DNA from: Candidatus Dojkabacteria bacterium
GTDB lineage: Bacteria; Patescibacteriota; Dojkabacteria; J137
Direction: 5' to 3'
Length of the DNA: 64,000 bases
Assembly: GCA_041750555.1 (NCBI GenBank)
Contig: JBGSZB010000029.1
Span: forward strand, 672 to 64,671
Part shown: piece by piece, positions 28,524 to 37,727 of the stretch
Layout of the letters: each line of letters opens with the position of its first letter
How positions within the stretch are numbered: position 1 is the first letter of the stretch
The notes under the pieces: model-generated
What the model was told of the DNA's origin: nothing
Databases searched by the model: none
What the model saw: the letters and a program-made list of their open reading frames with translations, nothing else
Position numbers and translations under genes: made by a program

Positions 28524-29714
28524 TTAATTTTTTGAAATATATTTTTGAATATCCCATGATTTATCTAGGGTTAATAACCCTCTGTCTTTGTTATCAACTT
28601 CACTCCTTTCTATATGAAACACTGTAGATCTTTTATCCATAAAAAGAACTTTATCATTATTTTCATCAAGAACTGCAACATCTACATAATAGTCACCTTC
28701 ACTTAGGTTTAAGTTTTTTAAAGTTAGATAAACTGAATCACATTCTACTAAGTTTGAAATGTTTGAAAAATTTGAAGTAGTTTCATAAATTAATAAATCA
28801 TCGTCTCTAGTTAAACTAAATTTTAAATTATAATTTTGTACTAATTTCTTATTCTGAATAGCTGCTCTTATGCTTAAATCATAATCCTTAATAATCTCTG
28901 CTCTTACTTTTGAAACTACAATATCATTGTCCACCCTGTCATATTTTTCTTCTTCTGCTTTTTGTAGCTTTTCAATTTCAAGTAAGGATTGACGATACTG
29001 ATCAATACCTGTTCTTGTATCTCCATCAAATATGACTTCTCCTTGGTTTAACCATACAACCCTATTACAGTATTTTTGAACTGAACCTAAACTGTGACTA
29101 ACATAAATAACTGTTTTACCCTGTTCAATTAGTTTATTTATAACTCCAATAGATTTAGATCTAAATGCACCATCACCTACTCCAAGTATTTCATCTAAAA
29201 TATATATATCAGCATCAGTTTGAATAGCTATTGAGAAAGCTAATCTAACCTTCATTCCACTTGAATAGTTTTTAACAGGTGTATGTATAAAGTCTCCTAA
29301 TTCTGAAAACTCTACAATATCGTTATATCTTTTTTTAATCTCCTTAGTTGTTAAACCTAAAATTGCTCCATTAAGAAATATATTTTCTCTACCAGATAGT
29401 TCTGGGTTGAATCCAACTCCTAATTCTAGAAAAGGAACCATTCTTCCATTAACCGTAACCTCTCCTCCTTTATCTGGACTATATATCCCTGCAATTACTT
29501 TTAAAAGTGTTGATTTACCACTACCATTTCTACCTATTATTCCAATAAACTCACCTTTTTTAATATCTAAATGAATATTTTTTAATGCATGAAAAGGTTT
29601 AGATTTACCTTGATTAAAAAGTGAAACAACTAGAGATCTTAATGTATCCTTTTTATTATCTGCTATAAAAAAGGATTTATTTAAATTTTTTATACTTACT
29701 GCTATATCATTCAT
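28524..29714 (-). CDS. ABC transporter ATP-binding protein, Wzt/TagH-like polysaccharide exporter with a C-terminal extension
   Basis: Walker A GRNGSGKSTLLKVIAG, the signature YSSGMKVRLAF and Walker B IYILDE. A C-terminal region of about 150 aa follows the NBD, as in Wzt glycan-binding domains. Confidence 0.85.
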   Translation of the reverse strand: MNDIAVSIKNLNKSFFIADNKKDTLRSLVVSLFNQGKSKPFHALKNIHLDIKKGEFIGIIGRNGSGKSTLLKVIAGIYSPDKGGEVTVNGRMVPFLELGVGFNPELSGRENIFLNGAILGLTTKEIKKRYNDIVEFSELGDFIHTPVKNYSSGMKVRLAFSIAIQTDADIYILDEILGVGDGAFRSKSIGVINKLIEQGKTVIYVSHSLGSVQKYCNRVVWLNQGEVIFDGDTRTGIDQYRQSLLEIEKLQKAEEEKYDRVDNDIVVSKVRAEIIKDYDLSIRAAIQNKKLVQNYNLKFSLTRDDDLLIYETTSNFSNISNLVECDSVYLTLKNLNLSEGDYYVDVAVLDENNDKVLFMDKRSTVFHIERSEVDNKDRGLLTLDKSWDIQKYISKN

Positions 29715-29717
29715 AGT

Positions 29718-30500
29718 TTAAAAATACTCAGCTACTCTTTTTATTCTTTTGTTAAAGAATGACCAACCTAAAATAAAGATAATTAATGATCCTAAAAAGA
29801 ATATTATTCCCTTTTCTACATCAATTGTTCCATATACTCCTAACGCTGCTCTTACCTGATTAATTAATATTCCTACAGGGTTATATTTTAATATATATGA
29901 CATAACGCCTCCACTCCCTAAAGGGAAACTTGAAAGTGTAAAAAATATTGGTGTTAACCAATAAAGTAAAAAGAAACCTAGATCTACAATGTTTTTTAAA
30001 TCTCTAAATCTAATTGAAACTATACTAAAAAAGAAAGATATTCCAAGACATGCAATAAATGCACTTATTGTTAAGAAGATAAAGTACGCAAGACCTCCTA
30101 ATGTAACTTGAATATTATTAGCTAATATAAAGATTACTATTAACAACATATTTATTACTAAATTGATAAGTGCATTAAATTGAGATGCAATAACAGCTAT
30201 TTGTCTTGGGAAATTAACTTTAAGAATAATTCCTGCCTTATCTAGTAAAGACATCATACCCAGGGTTACCATTTCAGTTATATATGTATAAAAGATTATT
30301 CCAGTTAGTAAATAAAGTGAGAAAAATTCAACATCGTCATTTTGTCTAATCCTACTCCATATTAGAAAAAGAACTATAAAAGTTGCATATGGCTTTATTA
30401 ATACCCATAAAACTCCTAGTACGGAGTTTTGATATCTCATCTTAAAGCTTGTTTTTATTAGTTCTTTTAAAAGTGTAAAAGAGTTACGTGTTTTAATCAT
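29718..30500 (-). CDS. ABC-2 type polysaccharide export permease (Wzm/TagG-like)
   Basis: 260 aa and 6 TM helices. It lies immediately upstream of the Wzt-like ATPase, with a 3-nt gap. Confidence 0.8.
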   Translation of the reverse strand: MIKTRNSFTLLKELIKTSFKMRYQNSVLGVLWVLIKPYATFIVLFLIWSRIRQNDDVEFFSLYLLTGIIFYTYITEMVTLGMMSLLDKAGIILKVNFPRQIAVIASQFNALINLVINMLLIVIFILANNIQVTLGGLAYFIFLTISAFIACLGISFFFSIVSIRFRDLKNIVDLGFFLLYWLTPIFFTLSSFPLGSGGVMSYILKYNPVGILINQVRAALGVYGTIDVEKGIIFFLGSLIIFILGWSFFNKRIKRVAEYF

Positions 30501-30547
30501 ATTACTTATCTTACAGGTTATTATACAATAGTAGATTTAATTAACAA

Positions 30548-31447
30548 CTATACCCTGAAAATTTTTAATCTCGAAATTATTGAATTTGAACGTATTAATT
30601 CTTTAGGTAAAGACATCCTTCCTTTTGAATTAAGAATCTTTATAGCTTCATAGTATTCTTTTGGTGATTTAAAATTTTTAATAAACCTTGATATTTCTTT
30701 GGTATTCTTAAAAGAATCAATTTCGCTTTTTTTCTCTGATATTTTGTTTTTTTTCATAAAATTTTCGAATTCATCTTTTACCTCATCTTTATCCAGCATT
30801 AATTTACCCTTAAAATCTCTCCCTATATTCAAACCAGCAAGCAGAATTTTAAAATCACTGTCGTTTTCTGATTCTCTTGACCAATAGCTTTCAAGTATAG
30901 AATTTACATCATCATGTTTTACACCATAGGTAAAGCCCTTTCGAAAGATATCTTCAAAATACTGTTCAAAATCATGAATTCCACAAACTACATCAGTAAT
31001 ATAATTATAATAACCATTCTTGTGCATTGATTTAATCATATGAGTTTCTGGTCTATTCTCATCAACTGATATATATTTCAGAGCTTCCGGTATGAAGCTT
31101 GTTCTATAAAATTTAATACCCCCAACCCTAACTCCACCAAAATACTTATCCAACATTGATGACTGTATTGTAAAAACTTTTTCGTTCTGTGTATTAGCAA
31201 TTTTTAAAAATTTAGTTAATACACCTTTAGCAATTAAAACATCTGCATCTATAACCATTGTCCATTTCTTATTAGCTTTTATACCTGCCTCCATTGAAGA
31301 ATATAGTGCCTTACTAAAAGGAAATTCGTTAATGACAAATATATTATTTTCATTACGCTCCTCTTCTAAAAGGGATATGCATAAATCTAATGTTCTCTCT
31401 TTTACCGATCTGATAACTATTAATACTTCCCTATCAAGATTCTTCAT
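30548..31447 (-). CDS. Hypothetical protein, possibly a GT-A-fold nucleotide-sugar transferase
   Basis: N-terminal VLIVIRSVKERTLDLC and a DxD-like WTMVIDADVLI. The assignment is weak. Confidence 0.3.
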   Translation of the reverse strand: MKNLDREVLIVIRSVKERTLDLCISLLEEERNENNIFVINEFPFSKALYSSMEAGIKANKKWTMVIDADVLIAKGVLTKFLKIANTQNEKVFTIQSSMLDKYFGGVRVGGIKFYRTSFIPEALKYISVDENRPETHMIKSMHKNGYYNYITDVVCGIHDFEQYFEDIFRKGFTYGVKHDDVNSILESYWSRESENDSDFKILLAGLNIGRDFKGKLMLDKDEVKDEFENFMKKNKISEKKSEIDSFKNTKEISRFIKNFKSPKEYYEAIKILNSKGRMSLPKELIRSNSIISRLKIFRV

Positions 31448-32304
31448 TTAATTGATCTTCTAAAATATACTTTTGTATCACTAATCTCTTTTCTTGGTAT
31501 TACCTTAGAAGTATTAATATCTACTACTTCATAATGAAGGTCATTTATTAAATCCCAAAGTTTCTCTGGGCTAAAGTAGTTAACGTGTTCCCAAGTATTT
31601 ATGCTTTTATCAAAAGGTCTCCCTTCCCTTATGCCATTAAGACTCCTTTCAAGTCTTTCTTGGGAATAATTAGGAACTATTATTAGTCCAATAAACTCAT
31701 CTGATAAGTACTTATCTATACTCGAAAGGATCTCTCTTGGATTAACAATATGTTCAAAAACTGCATTAGAAAAAAATATATTGTATTTTTTATCTGTGCT
31801 AAGCTCTTCAAAAGATTTAACACTATGGATACCTGTTTTATTCATATAATCTCTTTTTCTGTCATCATACTCAACAGTTGATACTTCGACTCCTGGAGCT
31901 GAAATATTCAAAGCAAAATCTCCCCATCCAGAACCAAACTCCAAAACCTCAAGTTTATCAGAGTTCTCTATTTTATCTTTAAATAGGTAACTAAATATCT
32001 CGACTTTCAAGATTGAGTAGAACAGTCTTTTTGAATTTTTAAATATCTTAGTCTTACTCTCATTAGCATCTATAATCTTTCCATATATTACAGACATTCC
32101 TTCCTCGTCAAGAACTTCAGAGGTGAATACAAACTTACATTTTCTACACTTTACTATATTTATTTCGTTAAGGTTAATAATATCACTTCTATAAATTGTT
32201 TCCCTATCTAAAGAAGGGTTAATATCAACAAAGTCTTTGTAATTCACAGATATTAGACAATCAAACTTGTTAGATTTACATAGAGGACAATTTCTTTTAA
32301 TCAA
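31444..32304 (-). CDS. SAM-dependent methyltransferase with an N-terminal Cys4 zinc ribbon
   Basis: CPLCKSNKF...CRKCKFVF is the zinc ribbon. VLEFGSGWGDFA is motif I. Both flanks overlap their neighbours by 4 nt. Confidence 0.7.
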   Translation of the reverse strand: MIKRNCPLCKSNKFDCLISVNYKDFVDINPSLDRETIYRSDIINLNEINIVKCRKCKFVFTSEVLDEEGMSVIYGKIIDANESKTKIFKNSKRLFYSILKVEIFSYLFKDKIENSDKLEVLEFGSGWGDFALNISAPGVEVSTVEYDDRKRDYMNKTGIHSVKSFEELSTDKKYNIFFSNAVFEHIVNPREILSSIDKYLSDEFIGLIIVPNYSQERLERSLNGIREGRPFDKSINTWEHVNYFSPEKLWDLINDLHYEVVDINTSKVIPRKEISDTKVYFRRSIK

Positions 32305-33989
32305 TTATTAACAAGCTCTTGAAATAAATTATTAAGTATATATATCTGTATCTTACCTTTGAAGTCATTAAATAACTCCCTCTTCCAAGATCCAAGAGGT
32401 ATACTAAAACCTTTTTTAGCCCTATTAATGATCTTATTTGGCAATATATCCTTGTATGCATACTTTAATAGGCCCTTCAGTTCTCCGTTCAAATATTTTA
32501 TTTCTTCTGGAACTGTAAACATATATTCAATAAGCTTTCTAGATTGTAGCGGAACTCTTACTTCTAGGGCTACAGACATTGAAACCCTGTCAACCTTTGT
32601 CAAAATATCACTTGGCAAATAAGTATTAAAATCCATATACTGAAGTCTTGTACGCAAAGGCAAATCTTTTTTATAATATTTTCTTATATACCAGTAGTCA
32701 TCATAATCCCTAGGAATGTTCCAGAGTTTTCTATACTCAAATTTTTCTTCTTTAGTTAAACCTGATATATGTTTAATATACAGAGTAAAGATATTATTAT
32801 CACTTAAAGTTGGATTAAATTTATCAATAAATATATTTTTCAACTTCTTACTTTCGTTCCAAATAGAGTTATACCATACATATCCCCCAAATATTTCATC
32901 ACCTCCGTCACCAGTCAATACAACAGTTGAATCTTTTCTTGCAAATTCTGAAACATAGTAGGTTGGGAATGCTGAAGTATCTGAGAAAGGTTCATCATAC
33001 CAACTTTTTAACTTTGAAAACAATGAGCTGATGTCTTTACTCTCCAAATATTTAACAGAGTGCTTAGTTTTAAACTTCTCTGAAACTAAAAGTGCATACT
33101 CAGTTTCATCTTTCTCATTATCCTTATATCCTATAGAATAAGTATTAAGTTGTTTCGTAAATTTTGAAGATGTAGAGACTACTATACTTGAATCCATACC
33201 TCCACTTAAGAAAAACCCAACAGGAACATCGCTGACTAGGTGGGAGCTGACTGACTCATCAATGATATTACGAATCTTATCTGCACATTCACTAAGATTT
33301 GAGTTGTTAAATTTAACACTCAAACTCCAATATTTATTTATTGAAAGAGATCCACTTCTTAAATTAAATCTAAGATAACTACCCGGTTCAAGCTTATATA
33401 CATTCTTGTAAGGAGTTTTAGGTTCGGGTATATAGTTATATGTTAAAAAATCATATAAAGCTGTTTTATCAATATCTAAAGAATTGTTTTTATGAAAATA
33501 TTGTAAAGACTTCAGTTCTGACCCCCAGGCAAGAGTATCTTTTATAAATGAATAGTATAGTGGTTTTATTCCAACCCTATCTCTTATGAGATATATATCT
33601 TTACTCTTAACATCATAAATAGATATTGAATACATCCCTTCAATTTTGGAAAGTAATTTTTCTATACCCCATTTCTTAAAACCATAGAGTACTACTTCAG
33701 AGTCTGACTCACTTTTAAACTTAAACTCATAGAGCTCCTCTCTTAACTCCTTATAATTATAAATTTCACCGTTAACACTTATCACTACTGTGTTGTTTTC
33801 ATCAAACATTGGCTGTTTACCGTTATCAGAAATATCTAGTATGCTTAATCTTCTATGTCCCATATATATATCCTCATCAGACCAATCACTCCATTGATCA
33901 GGCCCTCTATGTGACAATGTGTCTAGTGCATTCCTCGAGTGCTGGATATTTTTTTTATTAAAATTTGTATGACCAAATATTCCACACAT
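32301..33989 (-). CDS. Asparagine synthase (glutamine-hydrolysing) family amidotransferase (AsnB/WbpS-like)
   Basis: MCGIFG is the N-terminal nucleophile Cys2 of class II glutamine amidotransferases. The synthetase-domain PP-loop SGGMDSS is present. Confidence 0.9.
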   Translation of the reverse strand: MCGIFGHTNFNKKNIQHSRNALDTLSHRGPDQWSDWSDEDIYMGHRRLSILDISDNGKQPMFDENNTVVISVNGEIYNYKELREELYEFKFKSESDSEVVLYGFKKWGIEKLLSKIEGMYSISIYDVKSKDIYLIRDRVGIKPLYYSFIKDTLAWGSELKSLQYFHKNNSLDIDKTALYDFLTYNYIPEPKTPYKNVYKLEPGSYLRFNLRSGSLSINKYWSLSVKFNNSNLSECADKIRNIIDESVSSHLVSDVPVGFFLSGGMDSSIVVSTSSKFTKQLNTYSIGYKDNEKDETEYALLVSEKFKTKHSVKYLESKDISSLFSKLKSWYDEPFSDTSAFPTYYVSEFARKDSTVVLTGDGGDEIFGGYVWYNSIWNESKKLKNIFIDKFNPTLSDNNIFTLYIKHISGLTKEEKFEYRKLWNIPRDYDDYWYIRKYYKKDLPLRTRLQYMDFNTYLPSDILTKVDRVSMSVALEVRVPLQSRKLIEYMFTVPEEIKYLNGELKGLLKYAYKDILPNKIINRAKKGFSIPLGSWKRELFNDFKGKIQIYILNNLFQELVNN

Positions 33990-34063
33990 ATTTATAATTC
34001 TTAATAATTAACCAGTTTAAAACAAATTCACTAAATTGAAAAACAAAAAAATATAATAACTGA

Positions 34064-37000
34064 TTAATCAATTGTGCCTAATAAAATATCTGTTGATTTT
34101 CCTGATTCACTATTCCAATCTCCATCTGGTGTAAACGAATCAACCTCATTTGATAATGCAACTATCCATCTAAATTGATTATTGTTTGATGGAACAACTC
34201 TTAAAGTCATAATATCTGTATCGCCATCACCATCAAAATCTCCTAACTTTACTTGATCACTACTCTTTCCCCAAGCACTATTCCAGTCCCCATCTGGTGT
34301 AAATGAATTACTTCCATTTGATAGTGCTACTATCCATCTAAATTGGTTTTTATTTGAAGTTACAACCCTTAAAGTCATAATATCAGTATCGCCATCGCCA
34401 TCAAAATCTCCTAACTTAACTTGGTCAGTACTCTTTCCCCAAGCACTGTTCCAGTCTCCAGTTGGAGTAAAAGCATTACTTCCATTTGATAGTGCTACTA
34501 TCCATCTAAATTGATTGTTATTTGAAGTTACAACTCTTAAGGTCATAATATCTGTATCGCCATCACCATCAAAATCTCCTAATTTTACTTGATCACTACT
34601 TTTACCCCATGCACTATTCCAGTCCCCATCTGGTGTAAACGAATTACTTCCATTTGATAGGGCAACTATCCACCTTAATTGATTATTGTTTGATGGAACC
34701 ACTCTTAAAGTCATAATATCTGTGTCGCCATCTCCATCGAAATCTCCTAATTTAACTTGGTCAGTACTTTTTCCCCATGCACTGTTCCAAGTAACTTCAG
34801 GAAGAAAGGTATTAGTTAAAGCATTTGCTAGGGATACTCTCCAAACAAGTTGATTATTTTGATTTGGATCAACCCTAATAGATAGTATATCCATTGCTCC
34901 ATCTCCATTAAAGTCTCCTGATTTTATTGTATCTCCACCTTGGCCAAAGTCAGTATTCCAATCTCCTGCAGGTACAAACGTTTGTTCCTGGGTATTCGAA
35001 TACATTGTTATTAACCTATAGCTATCCGTTGAAGAAACATATCTAGCTAATACACTATCATCTGCACTATCTTCAATTAATGGATTGTTATAGTTGTTTA
35101 TTAACCTCTCTAAATTTAGCATACCCCAACCTGTATCATTATCAAAACCTTTAGTATTAATATCTGTTGTACTAGATTTCAATAATGTTTCTACCATTCT
35201 AAAGCTTAGTGTAGAGTCTAAAGATTTAAGTAACGCAACTGCTGCACTCACTTGAGGAGCTGCGAAACTAGTACCTGCAAAAGTTTCAGGTGTAGTGGCT
35301 GATGTAAAATCAAAGAACAAATCGGGATTACTTTCATTAAAACAACTATCAGTTAGGGAGCAACTAAACATTTGAGTTGCAACTTTTGCACCACTATCTC
35401 CTACTGGTGCTACTAAATCTAAACTAGTTCCATAATTTGAGTAAGATGATCTAGAATCATTTGAATTAATAGCACCAACATTTATTACATTAGACATACC
35501 TGCAGGGAAATAGTTATTTGTATTATCATTATTGTTTCCTGATGCTACAACTACAATTACACCTAAACTTGCTGCTTCATCAATAATTGATTGAAGTAAT
35601 GGATCTGTTCCACCTCCTGTTAAACTCATATTAATTACATCAGCTCCATTAGAAATTGCATGATCAATTGAATAGTATAGTATTAAACTATCACTAACTG
35701 ATCTTAGAGAGTATTGTTGATTACCATTTAGACAATCAGGATCATTATTACCTAGTGAGTCATAACACATAGAGGTATCATTTGGATAAAATGCTTTAAT
35801 TGGCATAATTGATACATTATGTGCAATCCCAACTAAAGAATTTGGTGCATCATCTGAAACACCTGATGCAATAACATTTGTAACTGCTGTACCATGTCCT
35901 TCATCATCATTCGCATGATTAATTTTTTCTAATTCATCTGCATTACAAGGTGTACTGTTTTCCCCTCTTAGGAAACATAGCAAATCTTGATTAGCATCAT
36001 ATGGATTTACAAATAGTACATGAGCTAATTCAGGTGTTGCAAAATATTCTCTGTCATAACCTTCATTGTATACACCATTACCAGTATTATTTGATGGAAT
36101 CTCCATATTAATTCCACCAATATCAGTTAAGGTATAGTCACTTCCTGCATCGTATAGATAATCTTCATAAGCTACACCTGTATCAATTACTGCAACAATT
36201 GTTGTATCACTTCCTCCACAATCATCATCTAATTCACAACCTTCTAAGAGTTTCCAAGCTTCAGGTAACTTAATTTTATCTAAATACCAATGAGTTGTTT
36301 CATCATAATCTCTAGGTATTGATCTATTTATATCAGTATTATCCCACGAAGATATTGTATATTTTCTTCTAGTTTGAGCTAATCCATCAGGATCTTTTTG
36401 AATTACTTGAATTAGGGATGATCTTAAATATGATTCATCCACCTCTAGTATTGTAAATTCTCCTAGAGTTTTACTACTTTCAATATTTACAACATTGTTT
36501 AATACTTCATTTTTTAAGGCAGTATCACTTTCCTTGTAAACTATTTCTACTGTATTTCCGGTACTCACATAACTATCAGTTATAATATTTTCATCAATAT
36601 ATTCTGAAACTTCGTTAAACGCTCCCTTTGTATTATTTGCAACATTAACAGCAGAATTTACTATATTAGGTAATTCTGCATACAAAACTTCTCCAGGACA
36701 TAGTGTTGCATTTCTATCACTATGACCTACAACGCTAGATCCAAAACTTAAATTAAATCCATTTAATTGAGATAGTGCAGCCATAAGTCTAACTAGTGAA
36801 CTTCTAGCAATACCTGTAGGAAGTGAATAAGAGTAATCTCCAATAAAGGATATTCCAATAGTTCCACCATTTGGAGGTGAATGAGCTCCAATAGTTCCAT
36901 TACCCCCTACTCTACCTTCGTAAATGTTTCCAAATTGATCAATTAGATAATTGTATCCAATATCTTGCCATAGTTCATCAGGTTCATCACAGTTAGGGTC

Positions 37001-37681
37001 ACTTGGGTTATAGCTTCCATTATTATTAGAACATCTGTTTTTATGCATTTCGTATATAAATCTAACTGCATTTGATGGATCACTATTATCTACATTAGTA
37101 ACAGTATGATGTACAACAATATTATTAACTGTAGATGGAACTTGGGGATACCATAAACTTTCACTACTAGCTCCCCAATCTTCTCTTGGAATAATATTAA
37201 TGCCTAATTTATTAAAGAAATCTTTTTTTGCTTGAACCGATTCTACGCTTGCCTGTTTAGTAACATTGTTACTTAGTTCAAAATTAACAATTCTTTTAAC
37301 ATTAAAATTACTACTTAACAAAACTTCATTAATTACTCTATCTCTAATTATTTGATTAGTAGTATACACTTGAGAACTAGTTTTAATAGTTTCAATTGAA
37401 TCAAAACCATCTTCACTTAACTCAATATTAATTATTTCATCACTTCCGTCATCAAATCGTAATACTACTCCTTCATTCAATAAGGATTCATTAAACTCAT
37501 TAAGTTCAATAACAAATGATTTTGAATTAACACTATATGATTGAGATTGATCATAATCAAACTCTAAGGCTTTAGCTACATTCTCTATTCTACTATCGCT
37601 ATACCTTAAAATTGGGAATATGAAACTATAAATAGATAGCACTATTAAAAAAGAAACGCCTAGTTTTCTTAAACTTATCAT
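34064..37681 (-). CDS. Large secreted multidomain protein with an N-terminal signal anchor, an amidase_2/PGRP (N-acetylmuramoyl-L-alanine amidase) domain, a subtilisin-like S8 protease domain and C-terminal FG-GAP repeats
   Basis: Amidase_2: NIVVHHTVT...WQDIGYNYLIDQFGNIYEGRVGGNGTIGAHS...GTIGISFIGDY. S8 catalytic triad: VAVIDTGV (Asp), DDEGHGTAVTNV (His), GTSFAAPQVSAAVALL (Ser). There are four near-identical plus one divergent copies of the 56-aa repeat KLGDFDGDGDTDIMTLRVV.SNNNQ.RWIVALSNGSNSFTPDGDWNSAWGKS.DQV, and the C-terminal end carries a further truncated copy. These are FG-GAP/VCBS-like. The N-terminus has the TM helix LGVSFLIVLSIYSFIFPIL. Confidence 0.85.
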   Translation of the reverse strand: MISLRKLGVSFLIVLSIYSFIFPILRYSDSRIENVAKALEFDYDQSQSYSVNSKSFVIELNEFNESLLNEGVVLRFDDGSDEIINIELSEDGFDSIETIKTSSQVYTTNQIIRDRVINEVLLSSNFNVKRIVNFELSNNVTKQASVESVQAKKDFFNKLGINIIPREDWGASSESLWYPQVPSTVNNIVVHHTVTNVDNSDPSNAVRFIYEMHKNRCSNNNGSYNPSDPNCDEPDELWQDIGYNYLIDQFGNIYEGRVGGNGTIGAHSPPNGGTIGISFIGDYSYSLPTGIARSSLVRLMAALSQLNGFNLSFGSSVVGHSDRNATLCPGEVLYAELPNIVNSAVNVANNTKGAFNEVSEYIDENIITDSYVSTGNTVEIVYKESDTALKNEVLNNVVNIESSKTLGEFTILEVDESYLRSSLIQVIQKDPDGLAQTRRKYTISSWDNTDINRSIPRDYDETTHWYLDKIKLPEAWKLLEGCELDDDCGGSDTTIVAVIDTGVAYEDYLYDAGSDYTLTDIGGINMEIPSNNTGNGVYNEGYDREYFATPELAHVLFVNPYDANQDLLCFLRGENSTPCNADELEKINHANDDEGHGTAVTNVIASGVSDDAPNSLVGIAHNVSIMPIKAFYPNDTSMCYDSLGNNDPDCLNGNQQYSLRSVSDSLILYYSIDHAISNGADVINMSLTGGGTDPLLQSIIDEAASLGVIVVVASGNNNDNTNNYFPAGMSNVINVGAINSNDSRSSYSNYGTSLDLVAPVGDSGAKVATQMFSCSLTDSCFNESNPDLFFDFTSATTPETFAGTSFAAPQVSAAVALLKSLDSTLSFRMVETLLKSSTTDINTKGFDNDTGWGMLNLERLINNYNNPLIEDSADDSVLARYVSSTDSYRLITMYSNTQEQTFVPAGDWNTDFGQGGDTIKSGDFNGDGAMDILSIRVDPNQNNQLVWRVSLANALTNTFLPEVTWNSAWGKSTDQVKLGDFDGDGDTDIMTLRVVPSNNNQLRWIVALSNGSNSFTPDGDWNSAWGKSSDQVKLGDFDGDGDTDIMTLRVVTSNNNQFRWIVALSNGSNAFTPTGDWNSAWGKSTDQVKLGDFDGDGDTDIMTLRVVTSNKNQFRWIVALSNGSNSFTPDGDWNSAWGKSSDQVKLGDFDGDGDTDIMTLRVVPSNNNQFRWIVALSNEVDSFTPDGDWNSESGKSTDILLGTID
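34090..34960. repeat. Tandem direct repeat, about 168-bp unit, four near-identical copies plus degenerate flanking copies, encoding the FG-GAP repeats
   Basis: The motif taaagtcataatatc[t/a]gtatcgccatc[a/g]ccatcaaaatctcctaa recurs at about 34202, 34370, 34538 and 34706, a 168-nt spacing with over 90 percent identity. Confidence 0.85.
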
Positions 37682-37727
37682 AAAGCTATTATATATAAAT
37701 ATCTAAATTAATGAAGCTTAATATAAG

